From: an uncultured delta proteobacterium | Lineage (GTDB): Bacteria > Desulfobacterota > Binatia > Binatales > Binataceae | Assembly (NCBI GenBank): GCA_963794325.1 | Contig: CAWCDG010000004.1 | Location: 896,001-960,000, forward strand | DNA: 64,000 bases | Direction: 5' to 3' | Shown: positions 30,622 through 40,599 of the stretch, in pieces | How positions within the stretch are numbered: the first letter of the stretch is position 1 | Layout: every line of letters begins with the position of its first letter | Notes under the pieces: model-generated | The model's database searches: none | The model's input: only the letters and a program-made list of their open reading frames with translations | What the model was told of the DNA's origin: nothing | Translations under genes and position numbers: made by a program

Positions 30622-31770
30622 ATGGCCGCTCGGCATAAAAGCGTCGAAACGAAATACATGGAAGAGCGCGACGCGGTCCTGCGCGGACTGCGCGGCCTCG
30701 ATCGGCGCACCTTCATGAAAGTGCTGGCCGCCTCGGCCGGCGCCGTGATGGCGAAGAGCCTGATGCCGCCGCATACCTTCCAACTCGTCGAGGTCGCCAA
30801 CGCCGCGCCCGACAAGACCGCCGAAACGACCGGGATGGCGGGCCAGCCGCCGTTTACCTTCGCGTATGTCTCGGACACTCATCTGTATCAGCGCACCCTC
30901 AACCAGCGTTTCGTGCGCGGCGCGGTCAAAGCGGTTGAAGACGTCAACGCGCTCGATCCGCAGCCCGACTTCGTACTGTTCGGCGGCGACCTGGCGCAAC
31001 TTGGCCGTCGCGAGGAACTCGATCTCGGCCGACAGATCCTCGCCGAGCTGAAAGCTCCGGTGAAGATGATGGTCGGCGAGCACGATTGGTTCTACGACCT
31101 CGGCGACACGTGGCAGGAAATGTTCGGGCCGCCCAACTACTCGTTCGACTGGAAGGGCGTGCACGTAGTCGTGCTGATGAGCGTGCATGAGAAGGATTTC
31201 TGGACCGCGCGCAAAATGACGCCCGCTGAGCGGATGCAAACCGTCGCGGGCCTCGATAACGGGATCCAGTCACGCTTCGAAGTTGGCGACGAGGAGCGCA
31301 AGTGGCTGTCCGACGACCTCGCCAAGGTGCCGCATACGACGCCGTTGCTGGTCTTCTCGCATTCGCCGCTCTACAAGTATTACCGCAACTGGAACTTCTG
31401 GACCGAAGATGCCGAGCAGGTTCAGGCGATCCTCAAGCCTTACAAGCACGTGACCGTGATGCACGGCCATACCCATCAGATGCTCTACAACCAGATCGAT
31501 AACATCAGCTTCTATGGGATGCTCTCGACCGCGTGGCCGTGGCCTTACGCGCCGACCGGGTTGCCGCCCCTGACCATTCAGATGAACCGCGCCGATCCGT
31601 TCGATCAGTTCGACGGGTTGGGCGATGGTCAGTTTAATGTCCGCGCCGACGGCTTGGCGGATAAGATTTACAACCTGTGGGATCGCAACCCGGTGTCGGT
31701 GAAGGCCGACTACCTGGTATCGCACGGCAAGATCGCGCGGCCGCCCGCGCCACAGTTTGCCAGCTACTGA
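30622..31770 (+). CDS. Tat-exported calcineurin-like metallophosphoesterase
   Basis: DRRTFMK Tat motif; SDTH, GGDL, GEHD, SHSP, GHTH metal motifs. Confidence 0.85.
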   Translation: MAARHKSVETKYMEERDAVLRGLRGLDRRTFMKVLAASAGAVMAKSLMPPHTFQLVEVANAAPDKTAETTGMAGQPPFTFAYVSDTHLYQRTLNQRFVRGAVKAVEDVNALDPQPDFVLFGGDLAQLGRREELDLGRQILAELKAPVKMMVGEHDWFYDLGDTWQEMFGPPNYSFDWKGVHVVVLMSVHEKDFWTARKMTPAERMQTVAGLDNGIQSRFEVGDEERKWLSDDLAKVPHTTPLLVFSHSPLYKYYRNWNFWTEDAEQVQAILKPYKHVTVMHGHTHQMLYNQIDNISFYGMLSTAWPWPYAPTGLPPLTIQMNRADPFDQFDGLGDGQFNVRADGLADKIYNLWDRNPVSVKADYLVSHGKIARPPAPQFASY

Positions 31771-31782
31771 GTCGAGACGACG

Positions 31783-32547
31783 ATGACCCGACGCTCAATC
31801 GCAATCGCAACTGTCGCTGGTGCTGCCGCCGTGCTGGCGGTCATGGTCTATGCGCCTCGCGCACTTCGCGCACAGCAAGCGCCGACACTGCCTATCCACC
31901 AGGTGCCCGCATCGAAAGACGGCGGCGTGGTCGTGATGCTCTGCGACGGTAAGACCAGCATGGAAGTTCAGGGGCTCAAGAGCGGCGAAGCGATGAGCCA
32001 TGCGCAGGCCGTCGAAGTCACGCGCGAACTGATGGCGAAGTGGCAGGCTGATCATCCTGATCAGAAGTGGCAGATGACGCAGAGCGATCAATCGTCGCAG
32101 CCGGTGCCCGCGCCGTCAGCCGCATCAGGCGCCGAAGCCGCGGCTCCAGGCAAATCAGGCAACGCAAAGCCTGCGCAAAAAGGCGTCCAGCAGGGTGACA
32201 CCTACGCCAGCTTCACCGACCGCGATTACAAAATCTGGAAGAACGAGACCGACAATTTCGTCGCCGAAGGCAAAAGGGTTTTTCACAGCGACAAGGAACT
32301 AGGCGGCACGATCGGCGTGAGCTGCGACATGTGCCATCCCGACGCCTCGAATACGCATCCCGAAACTTATCCGAAATACCAGGTTCAGCTACAGAAGGTC
32401 GCGTTGCTCCGCGACATGATCGATTGGTGCATCGAGAATCCGGTCAAAGGCAAAGCGCTCGACCCCAACGATCCTAAACTGCGCGCACTCGAAGCGTACA
32501 TCCTGGCCCAGCGCAAAGGCGTCCCCCTCGACTACGGCAAGCATTGA
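31783..32547 (+). CDS. Monoheme cytochrome c, SoxA/TsdA-like putative His/Cys ligation
   Basis: Signal peptide, CDMCH, downstream MIDWCIENP. Confidence 0.7.
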   Translation: MTRRSIAIATVAGAAAVLAVMVYAPRALRAQQAPTLPIHQVPASKDGGVVVMLCDGKTSMEVQGLKSGEAMSHAQAVEVTRELMAKWQADHPDQKWQMTQSDQSSQPVPAPSAASGAEAAAPGKSGNAKPAQKGVQQGDTYASFTDRDYKIWKNETDNFVAEGKRVFHSDKELGGTIGVSCDMCHPDASNTHPETYPKYQVQLQKVALLRDMIDWCIENPVKGKALDPNDPKLRALEAYILAQRKGVPLDYGKH

Positions 32548-32595
32548 TCAGCTCGCGCTCATCAAGCACCTTTACAAACCTGCTCGAGGCTGATA

Positions 32596-32611
32596 GCACC
32601 TAATTAGGTGC
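32596..32611. promoter_or_regulatory. Putative TA autoregulatory operator
   Basis: Perfect 16-bp palindrome GCACCTAATTAGGTGC about 25 bp upstream of the antitoxin ATG. Confidence 0.65.
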
Positions 32612-32634
32612 CGTATTGGGAGGACTGTTCCGCC

Positions 32635-32925
32635 ATGCTCGACATAACAAAGGACGTTCAATCGCTGACTGACTTTCGGCGCAATTCGAGCAAATTCCTC
32701 AAGCAGATTAAGAAGAGCAAGCGGCCTATCGTGCTGACCGTCAATGGTAAGTCCAAAGCTGTCGTGCAGGACGCGGAATCCTATCAGCGATTGCTCGACA
32801 TCGCTGCGCGCGCCGACGTTTACGAGGCGATCAGGCAGGGCCTGGACGACATCGATAAAGGTCGGACTCGGCCTGCCCGCGAGGTATTGAACGAGTTGCG
32901 CCGGCGGTATGGCATATCACGTTGA
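32635..32925 (+). CDS. Phd/YefM family antitoxin
   Basis: SLTDFRRN...RPIVLTVNGK..AVV; overlaps the toxin start. Confidence 0.88.
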   Translation: MLDITKDVQSLTDFRRNSSKFLKQIKKSKRPIVLTVNGKSKAVVQDAESYQRLLDIAARADVYEAIRQGLDDIDKGRTRPAREVLNELRRRYGISR

Positions 32926-33211
32926 ACTGTCTATTCGTGCCGAGCAGGACCTCAACTACATATCTGAGCGGATCTCGGCGGACGATTCGGTCGCGGCCTC
33001 TCGCTGGTTCGATGGACTAGAGAAGGCGATCAATACGCTCGAAACGTTCCCTCGACGCTGCCCGATCACTCCAGAAAGCAAAAGGACCAAACAGGGGTTA
33101 CGTCAGCTGCTCCACAATCCGATGCGGATCATTTACGAAATCGACGAAGCGCGCAAATTGGTCAGTGTTGTAACCATCAGACATTCGGCGATGGATGCGT
33201 TTAGCGCCTGA
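32909..33211 (+). CDS. RelE/ParE family toxin
   Basis: AEQDL..I, LETFPRRC, RIIYEIDE..VSVVTIRH. Confidence 0.88.
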   Translation: MAYHVELSIRAEQDLNYISERISADDSVAASRWFDGLEKAINTLETFPRRCPITPESKRTKQGLRQLLHNPMRIIYEIDEARKLVSVVTIRHSAMDAFSA

Positions 33212-33246
33212 CACAACGCGAGCGACCGCTCGCGGCGATGCGATCC

Positions 33247-33705
33247 TTACTGGCGATGCGGGTGGAGCTGCAGCAGCATCAACATCATCAGCAGACGATC
33301 CTCGCGCGGTTCGAACTGAGGTGCCGTCCTATCATCGGCGAGCAGCTCGCTCTGCGCCGTTTCGCCAAAGACCTCGAACGACCCGCGCGCGTCCGTGCCA
33401 ATCGAAAGTAGTTGCGATGAGGTGACATCCGCCGGTTGCGGGTGCGCAACTGAAAACCGTCTCGCCGGACTGTCCGCATCGCTAAACAGGCGAGGATCGA
33501 GCGAAACACGACCGATGAGGCCGGCGTTGAGACGCGTAATCGACCACGGCGTCAGTGGCTCGAGCAACGGATTGTCGAGCAAACCGCTCGTTTGTAGCCC
33601 GATCAATACCATCGAAGCTGCGATAAGCGAGGCCAGCGCGACTATTGCCGCGCGCCCGTCGCGCGCGCCGATGCCTATCGTGGGAATGTGCGTTTGCAAT
33701 TTCAT
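33247..33705 (-). CDS. Hypothetical protein
   Basis: 152-aa ORF with an N-terminal hydrophobic segment; fills the gap; no recognisable motif. Confidence 0.45.
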   Translation of the reverse strand: MKLQTHIPTIGIGARDGRAAIVALASLIAASMVLIGLQTSGLLDNPLLEPLTPWSITRLNAGLIGRVSLDPRLFSDADSPARRFSVAHPQPADVTSSQLLSIGTDARGSFEVFGETAQSELLADDRTAPQFEPREDRLLMMLMLLQLHPHRQ

Positions 33706-33823
33706 TCGAATATCCCCACGGCCGTAAGCAGCAAGATATATACCGCCAACTAGTAGGGTTATCTTATCATTCAGTACAGCACAGCTTGTGAGCTTTACGA
33801 GCTTCCTGTGCTCCGTTGCCGTG

Positions 33824-34350
33824 TCAGCGCGCGCGGTAGAAGAGCCAGGCGCGTTCTGAGATTGCGGCGACGTAGAATATCGCGATCAGCGGCGCCAGGC
33901 CGCGCACGATTGCGCCGGGAAGCGCGGGCGGCGGTGCGATCGCGAGCGTGATCACCAGCGCATAGTTGATTATACCGCCCCAGTGCCCGAGCCGGCTCTT
34001 TATCGGTCCTATTGCCGCTGTCCAATCAACACTGAGTCGATCGCGTACTGGCTGAACGAAAGCGCGATGAGTATCGGGATGTAGAACGGGATCGTGCCGG
34101 CGATCGCTTCACAGAAAAGCGCCGCGAGCACGAAAGTCACATCGGCGATTCCGTCGATCCATCGCCCGCTCCCGCTTGCGACTCTGAGCCGCCGCGCGAT
34201 TCGGCCGTCAACGAAATCGCTGCCCGCCGCGACGATCGCGACCGTCGCAAATGCCAATCGTCCCTGATGCCCATGGAACGCTAGCTCGATCCAGATGGCG
34301 GCCAGCGCAAATCTCACCGCGCTCAGCCCGTTGGGTATCTGCGCGAGCAT
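33824..34350 (-). pseudogene. CDP-alcohol phosphatidyltransferase family with one frameshift near 34012
   Basis: IPNGLSAVR, DFVDGRIAR...G...DGIAD; continues in another frame as GPIKSRLGHWGGIINYALV...FYRAR*; start uncertain. Confidence 0.75.
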
Positions 34351-34419
34351 CACGCCGCCGCTGCCCCGCACTTTGGTGGTTTCGCTCGCCGTGACCGAAT
34401 GCTCTACAATAGACCTCTT

Positions 34420-35403
34420 ATGCCCGGAAAAACTTCCCCCACTATTCAGGTCGTCAGCCACGGCCCTTCATGCCTCGACGGTGTGATGGCGGCGGCGGCG
34501 GTAGCGCGCTTTTACGAAGGCCATAAAGTCTTCACGACGCTGGCCGGCAACAACGAAGCCGACAATACAATCGGCAATCTGACGCTCAAGTCCGACGGCG
34601 CCGGCAACGAGAATGAAATCTGGATCACCGATTTGTCCTGGAACTCACCGGCGACCGGTGCGCACCTGACCGAACTGAGTCAACGCGGCGCGCGCATCTA
34701 CTGGATCGATCATCATCGCACCGCAGTCTCCCGCGCCGATGCCCCCGAGTTCAAGGTGCCGTTCACTGCCAAAGTCCTCAGCGAACAGTATTCGGCCGCG
34801 CGCCTGACCTTCAACTTTCTCAAAAAGATGGGCCGCGACCTTCCCGAGTCTCGACGCGCCGAGTTCGACGCCTTCGAGCCGTTCGTGATGATCGCCGACG
34901 ATCACGATCGATGGATTCACAAGATTCCCGAGTCGCCCGATTGGGCGCTCGCGGTGCAGACGCTCGGCGGATCGTCGTCGTATCGCGAAATTCTAAAACT
35001 GCGCGAGCCGCGGATGAGCCGCAAGCTGCGCACCGCGTTCGAGTCGGGGAAGGACGCGATGCGCCGCAGCCTCGAACTGGCGCATGCGACGATGGTCGAT
35101 CGCAAGCTCGACAACGGAATCACCGTGCGGACCGCGTGCTGCTTCGGCTACAGCAGCGAGGTCGCATCGCATTTGTACCAGGGCCAGAGCCGGATGGTAG
35201 TCGCGCTGTTCGATTTGCGCAGCCAGGGCATCAGCCTGCGGCGCAGCTCCGATTGCGACGTCGACCTGTCGCTGCTGGCGCAACACTACGGTGGCGGAGG
35301 ACACGCCGCCGCCTCCGGTTTCGCGATCCCCGACCTGCGCCGCCTTCCAGCCGAACGCCTGTCTCAGATCCTCGGCGATCAGCTCGAATACCCGATGCCC
35401 TGA
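34420..35403 (+). CDS. DHH/DHHA1 phosphoesterase (NrnB-like)
   Basis: H..CLDG, ITDLS, IDHH, GGGGHAAASGF. Confidence 0.85.
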   Translation: MPGKTSPTIQVVSHGPSCLDGVMAAAAVARFYEGHKVFTTLAGNNEADNTIGNLTLKSDGAGNENEIWITDLSWNSPATGAHLTELSQRGARIYWIDHHRTAVSRADAPEFKVPFTAKVLSEQYSAARLTFNFLKKMGRDLPESRRAEFDAFEPFVMIADDHDRWIHKIPESPDWALAVQTLGGSSSYREILKLREPRMSRKLRTAFESGKDAMRRSLELAHATMVDRKLDNGITVRTACCFGYSSEVASHLYQGQSRMVVALFDLRSQGISLRRSSDCDVDLSLLAQHYGGGGHAAASGFAIPDLRRLPAERLSQILGDQLEYPMP

Positions 35404-35408
35404 CATTT

Positions 35409-35492
35409 GTCATCCCGACGCGCTGATCAACGCGATCTTTGAGCGTCATCCTGACGTAGCGAGCAACGCGAGCCCTCCGTGTCATCCTGACG
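35409..35492 (+). repeat. Three direct GTCATCCYGACG repeats at a 36-bp period (family E-related)
   Basis: Copies start at 35409, 35445 and 35481. Confidence 0.75.
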
Positions 35493-35622
35493 ACGGGAGC
35501 GATAGCGACGGGAGGAATGGACCTCGGACAGCTTCGCGCCACACGCGAAGCCGGTTCCGGTCTCTGAAATCGCGCGCCGCGCGCGCTCCTCAGTAAACGA
35601 CTGTGCCAGTGAGGATTTTCCC

Positions 35623-35685
35623 TTGCTTCAACTCTACCCAAATGCCTAGACTGACTGTACGTTCATTTGACTGACTGACCAGTTC
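35623..35685 (+). promoter_or_regulatory. Putative promoter and TetR operator
   Basis: TTGCTT-N18-TAGACT; direct repeats GACTGACTG...GTTC at 35649 and 35669. Confidence 0.45.
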
Positions 35686-35688
35686 GCA

Positions 35689-36294
35689 ATGACCAAAGAA
35701 GAAGTAATCAAGGAATATCGGGTCCGCGAGATCCTCGAAGCCGCTCGCCGCGTGATGGCTCGATATGGAATGCAGGGCACCACTGTTGACCGCGTCGCCG
35801 AGGAAGCCAAGGTCGCCAAGGGCACTATCTACCTCTACTTCGACACCAAGGATGCGCTGGTCCAGACCGCGGTGCTTGAGGGCCTCCGCGAGATGGTCGC
35901 GGAGACCCACGCCTCCGACGACCCGTCGATACCGCCGCTCGAGCGAATCCGCAAACTCATCCTGGTGCAGTTCCGAATCCAGGCCTCGAACCAGGATTTT
36001 CTGAAGACACTTATTATCGGCAACTCGCTCGATATCGAAGTCGAGTCGGAAGCGGGCCGCCAATACATGCGGGTCTACGCTGGCCATCTCGACTTCATGG
36101 CGTCGGTGCTGCAGGACGCGATCGATCGTGGCGCGATTCGTCAGATCGATCCGCAATTCGCGGCCTTCATGCTCGGCGAGATGCTCACCGGATCGCTGCG
36201 CCGCCGACTGCTCAAGTTGGCGTCGAGTCCGCTCGAATCGGACGCGGAAGCGGTCGTGGAACTTTTTCTCAAAGGGATCGCGGCGCTGCCATGA
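35689..36294 (+). CDS. TetR/AcrR family regulator
   Basis: ILEAA...TTVDRVAEEAKVAKGTIYLYF..K HTH. Confidence 0.92.
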   Translation: MTKEEVIKEYRVREILEAARRVMARYGMQGTTVDRVAEEAKVAKGTIYLYFDTKDALVQTAVLEGLREMVAETHASDDPSIPPLERIRKLILVQFRIQASNQDFLKTLIIGNSLDIEVESEAGRQYMRVYAGHLDFMASVLQDAIDRGAIRQIDPQFAAFMLGEMLTGSLRRRLLKLASSPLESDAEAVVELFLKGIAALP

Positions 36295-37385
36295 AGGCTT
36301 TTTTCAGCGTTCGAGTATTCGTTTTGCTGACAGCCGCGGCCGGCGCGCTCGCGCTCGCGGGATGCCATCAGCCGGCTGCCGCTGAAGTCGAGAGCAAGAC
36401 GGAGCCAATCGCGATCGCCGTCGCGACGGCGCGGCAACAGAATCTCGATCGCACGGCCGAAGTACAGGGCGCGCTCTTTCCGCGCGAGCATGCGGTGATG
36501 TCGTCGGAAGTCGAGGGCAGAGTGGCGGAGGTCGTCGCGGATTTCGGCGACAAGGTCACCGCCGGCCAGGTGATGCTGAAAATCAACCCGCGCGAGTACG
36601 AGCTGCGCGTCGAGACTGCGCAGGCGGCGCTCCATCAGGCTCGTGCCAAGCTGGCAAATTCGAGCGCGCGTTACGATCGCGCCAAGGCGCTCAAGCAGGC
36701 GGCGGCTATCTCGACCGAACAGTTCGACCAGTTGGCGTCGCAGTTGCGGGTCGATCAGGCCGACACGGAATCGGCCGATGAAGCGGTCGCGATGGCGCGC
36801 AAGAAGCTCGGCGACACCGAAATCAAGGCGCCCTTCAGCGGTTCCGTGCAGAAGCGGATGGTCTCGCTCGGCGAGTACGTCGCGCCCGGCAAGGAAATTT
36901 ACGAACTGATCGCGATCGATCCGATCAAGCTGCGATGCCCGATGCCGGAGCGGTTCGTGCCGCTGGCGCGCGTCGGCATGCCGGTGAAGCTCGCGATCGA
37001 CGCCGACCAGGGTAAGTCGTACACCGGGAAAATCACGCGCATCGCCCCGGCGCTCGACGAAAGCAGCCGCACGCTGCTGGTCGAGGCCGAGGTGGCCAAT
37101 CCCGACGGCGCGCTCAAGCCTGGATTTTTCGCGCACGTCGTCATGGATCTCGGCCACGATCGCGCGCTGTTCGTGCCCAACGCCGCGGTGCTGCGCTATG
37201 CGGGGGTCGCGCGGGTGTTCGTCGTCGAGCAAGGCGTCGTGCGCGCGCGTGAGGTGACCACCGGCAGCGTCGTTGGCGATCAGATTGAAATCACCGGCGG
37301 GCTGAAGGTGGGCGATCACGTCGCGGTGAGCAACGTCGATCGCCTTGCTGACGGCACCGCGGTCACTGCGAAGGAGCAGTCGTGA
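36291..37385 (+). CDS. RND efflux periplasmic adaptor (lipoprotein)
   Basis: LAGC lipobox, IKAPFSG, LKPG, overlaps neighbours. Confidence 0.92.
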   Translation: MKAFFSVRVFVLLTAAAGALALAGCHQPAAAEVESKTEPIAIAVATARQQNLDRTAEVQGALFPREHAVMSSEVEGRVAEVVADFGDKVTAGQVMLKINPREYELRVETAQAALHQARAKLANSSARYDRAKALKQAAAISTEQFDQLASQLRVDQADTESADEAVAMARKKLGDTEIKAPFSGSVQKRMVSLGEYVAPGKEIYELIAIDPIKLRCPMPERFVPLARVGMPVKLAIDADQGKSYTGKITRIAPALDESSRTLLVEAEVANPDGALKPGFFAHVVMDLGHDRALFVPNAAVLRYAGVARVFVVEQGVVRAREVTTGSVVGDQIEITGGLKVGDHVAVSNVDRLADGTAVTAKEQS

Positions 37386-40300
37386 TTCTCGCCGACCTGT
37401 GCGTGCGCCGCCCGGTGTTCGCGACGATGTTCGTCGGCGTATTGGTGGTGCTCGGCTGGTTCTCGTACATGCGTCTCGGCGTCGATCTGTTTCCCAAAGT
37501 CGATGTGCCGACCGTGATGGTCACGACGTTTCTTCCCGGCGCTGCGCCCGAGGAGACCGAAGCGCGCGTCACCAAGCCGATCGAAGAGGCGATCAATACC
37601 GTCAGCGGAATCGACGAGATGCGCTCGAACACGCTCGAAGGCGTCTCGCGGGTTATCATCCAGTTCAAACTCGAGCGCGATCTCGATGCCGCCGTGCAGG
37701 ACGTGCGCGACAAGATTTCTACGGTGCTCGATCAGCTGCCCGACGGGACCAAACCGCCGCAGGTGCAGAAGTTTGATCTCGACGCGGTGCCGGTCGTGAC
37801 TATCACGCTCACCGGCTACCAGAGCCTGAAGGAGCTCACCGAGATGGCGCGGCGGCGCCTCAAGGAACCGCTCGAATCGGTTGACGGGGTCGGTTCGATC
37901 GACATCGTCGGCGGCCGCGAGCGTGAGGTTCACGTCGATGTCGACGCCGACAAGCTGCACGCGACCGGCGTGACTATTCAGCAGGTCGGCGCGGCGCTCT
38001 CGCGGCAAAACGTCGAGTACCCCGGCGGCCGCATGAAGCAGGGCATGTCCGAAGAGATGCTGCGCACGCTCGGCCGAATAACCGCGGTTCCCGATTTTGC
38101 AAAAATAATAGTCAGCGAAGCAGATGGACGCCCGGTCACGGTCGGCGACGTCGCGTCAGTCGAGGACGCGGTCAAGGAGCCGCGCTCCCTGTCGCGATGG
38201 GACAACAAGAACGCCGTCTCGCTGATCGTGCGCAAGCAGTCGGGCGAAAACACGATCGAGGTCGTCGATCGCGTCAAAGAGCGCTACCAGGCGATCAAGG
38301 GCACACTGCCGCCGGGCGTCGACGTAATCTTCACGCGCGACGCGTCCACCTTCATCCGCGCCGCGGTCGATACCGTGCAGGAGCATCTCTGGCTCGGCGG
38401 TCTCTGCGCCGCAATCGTGGTGTTCTTTTTTCTCGGCTCGATTACCTCGACGCTGATCGCCGCGGTCGCCATTCCGGTTTCGATCATCGCGACTTACTCG
38501 TTGATCCTGTGGATGGGTTTCACCCTCAACCGCATGACCCTGCTGGCACTGACGCTGGCGGTTGGAATCGTGATCGACGACGCCATCGTCGTGCTCGAAA
38601 ATATTTTCCGCTTCATCGAAGAAAAAAACATGGACCCGATGGCCGCGGCGAAAGCGGCCACCGCCGAGGTCGGGCTGGCGGTCAGCGCGACCACCCTCTC
38701 ACTCGCCGTCATTTTCGTCCCGGTCGCGTTCATCCACGGCGTGATGGGCCGCTTCCTCAATTCGTTCGGCTTGACGATGGCGTTCGCCATCATGGTGTCG
38801 CTGCTGGTTTCGTTCACGCTCACTCCGATGCTGTGTTCGCGCTATCTGAAATCCAAGGGCGCCGGCGGCGCAAAGCACAATCGCACCAAGGACTGGAAAA
38901 TTTTCCGCTCGATCGAGGACTACTACGACCTCGCGCTGCGCTGGTCGCTCGACCATCGATGGGTGCTGGTCGTCGTGGCGCTGGCACTCGTCATCTCGAT
39001 TCCGTTCCTCGGCAAGCTGGTCGGGGCGACCTTCATGCCCGACGACGATTCGAGCGAATTCGCCGTTAACATTCGCACGCCGCCCGGCTATTCGCTCGCG
39101 CACACCGATCAGATCGTCGCGCAGATCGAGGATCGCCTCCGCACAATTCCCGAGGTTCGCGACCTGTTCACCACGGTAGGCGACACCAACGGCGACGATC
39201 GCGTGACCGTTGCGCAAGTCGATGCAAAACTTTTTCCGCTCAACCAGCGCCGCCGCAGCCAGGAACTGGTAATGGCCGACGCGCGCAAGTTGATGGACGC
39301 GTTTCCAGCGCTGCGCGTCAGCGTGGATCCGATCAAGCCCTGGGAGCAGGGTGGTTATCGCGAAGTCGCGGTCGAATACGACATGCGCGGTCCCGACCTC
39401 GACACGCTGCGCACCTACGCCGACGGTCTGATGACTCGGCTCAGAACGATTCCCGGCATCGTCGATCTCGACTCCAGTTACGAAGGCGGATTGCCCGAGC
39501 TTCAGGTCAATATCGATCGCACCAAGTCCGCCGACCTCGGCGTGTCGGTTGACGATATCGCGCAGACCATGCGCACGATGGTGCAGGGCGACGTGGTCAC
39601 GCGGTTTCGCGAGGGCCAGGATACTTACGACGTGCGCCTCCAGTTGGCCGACAAGGATCGCAACAATCCGGTGGTGGTCGCGGGTCTGACGATTCCGTCG
39701 AGCAAGGTCGGACAGGTGCGGCTCGACAACGTGGCGGCGCTTACGCACGGGACTGGCCCGGTGCAGATCGATCGTCAGGATCGCCAGCGCAACATCTCGA
39801 TCGTGTTCAACCTCGCGCCCGGATTCGCGATGAACAAAGTGATGGACGCCGTCACGCGCGAGGTGCAGCAGATTCATCTGCCGGCCGGCTACGTCACCGA
39901 GTTCGGCGGCCAGAGCAAGATTTACGGCGAGATGGTCACCGGCTTCATCGTCGCGTTTCTGCTCTCGATCATCTTCATGTACATGGTGCTGGCGGCGCAG
40001 TTCGAGAGCTTCGTCCATCCGATTACGATCATGCTGTCGCTGCCGCTGGCGGTGCCGTTCGCGCTGATCTCGCTGTTCCTCTTCCATGAGCATCTGATGC
40101 TGTACTCGACGCTCGGCATCTTGCTGCTGTTCGGCATCGTGAAGAAGAACTCGATCCTGCAGCTCGATCAAACGCTCAACCTGATTCGTGCCGGACTGGA
40201 GCGGCGCCAGGCAATCCTGACTGCGAATCGCGATCGCCTGCGGCCGATCCTCATGACTACGGCGGCACTCGTCGCCGGCATGATTCCCGTCGCGATCGGA

Positions 40301-40516
40301 CGAGGCGCCGGCGACAGTTCGGTCCGCGCAATCGCGCTGGTCGTAATCGGCGGTCAGACGCTGTGCCTGCTGATCACGCTGCTGTTCACGCCGGTGGCAT
40401 TCTCGCTGTTCGACGATATGGAGAATTGGTTCCGCAGTTTGCGCAAGGCGCCCAGCCGGCTGAAGCTGGTCGAGCCGCGCTACGACGACGACCTCGAACG
40501 CGAAGCTATCGACTAG
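37382..40516 (+). CDS. RND efflux permease (AcrB family)
   Basis: 1044 aa, RRPVFA, GIVIDDAIVVLEN, RLRPILMT. Confidence 0.95.
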   Translation: MILADLCVRRPVFATMFVGVLVVLGWFSYMRLGVDLFPKVDVPTVMVTTFLPGAAPEETEARVTKPIEEAINTVSGIDEMRSNTLEGVSRVIIQFKLERDLDAAVQDVRDKISTVLDQLPDGTKPPQVQKFDLDAVPVVTITLTGYQSLKELTEMARRRLKEPLESVDGVGSIDIVGGREREVHVDVDADKLHATGVTIQQVGAALSRQNVEYPGGRMKQGMSEEMLRTLGRITAVPDFAKIIVSEADGRPVTVGDVASVEDAVKEPRSLSRWDNKNAVSLIVRKQSGENTIEVVDRVKERYQAIKGTLPPGVDVIFTRDASTFIRAAVDTVQEHLWLGGLCAAIVVFFFLGSITSTLIAAVAIPVSIIATYSLILWMGFTLNRMTLLALTLAVGIVIDDAIVVLENIFRFIEEKNMDPMAAAKAATAEVGLAVSATTLSLAVIFVPVAFIHGVMGRFLNSFGLTMAFAIMVSLLVSFTLTPMLCSRYLKSKGAGGAKHNRTKDWKIFRSIEDYYDLALRWSLDHRWVLVVVALALVISIPFLGKLVGATFMPDDDSSEFAVNIRTPPGYSLAHTDQIVAQIEDRLRTIPEVRDLFTTVGDTNGDDRVTVAQVDAKLFPLNQRRRSQELVMADARKLMDAFPALRVSVDPIKPWEQGGYREVAVEYDMRGPDLDTLRTYADGLMTRLRTIPGIVDLDSSYEGGLPELQVNIDRTKSADLGVSVDDIAQTMRTMVQGDVVTRFREGQDTYDVRLQLADKDRNNPVVVAGLTIPSSKVGQVRLDNVAALTHGTGPVQIDRQDRQRNISIVFNLAPGFAMNKVMDAVTREVQQIHLPAGYVTEFGGQSKIYGEMVTGFIVAFLLSIIFMYMVLAAQFESFVHPITIMLSLPLAVPFALISLFLFHEHLMLYSTLGILLLFGIVKKNSILQLDQTLNLIRAGLERRQAILTANRDRLRPILMTTAALVAGMIPVAIGRGAGDSSVRAIALVVIGGQTLCLLITLLFTPVAFSLFDDMENWFRSLRKAPSRLKLVEPRYDDDLEREAID

Positions 40517-40599
40517 CCCCGCGCGGGCCTCCCATCTTCAATCCTGCTCATGCGTTCTGATACGCTCGCGAAATTGTGACCGCTGGAGACAAAACCACC

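Noticed and set aside
35409-35492. CRISPR mini-array
   Set aside because: The repeat is only 12 bp with three copies and no cas gene or leader; kept as a repeat finding
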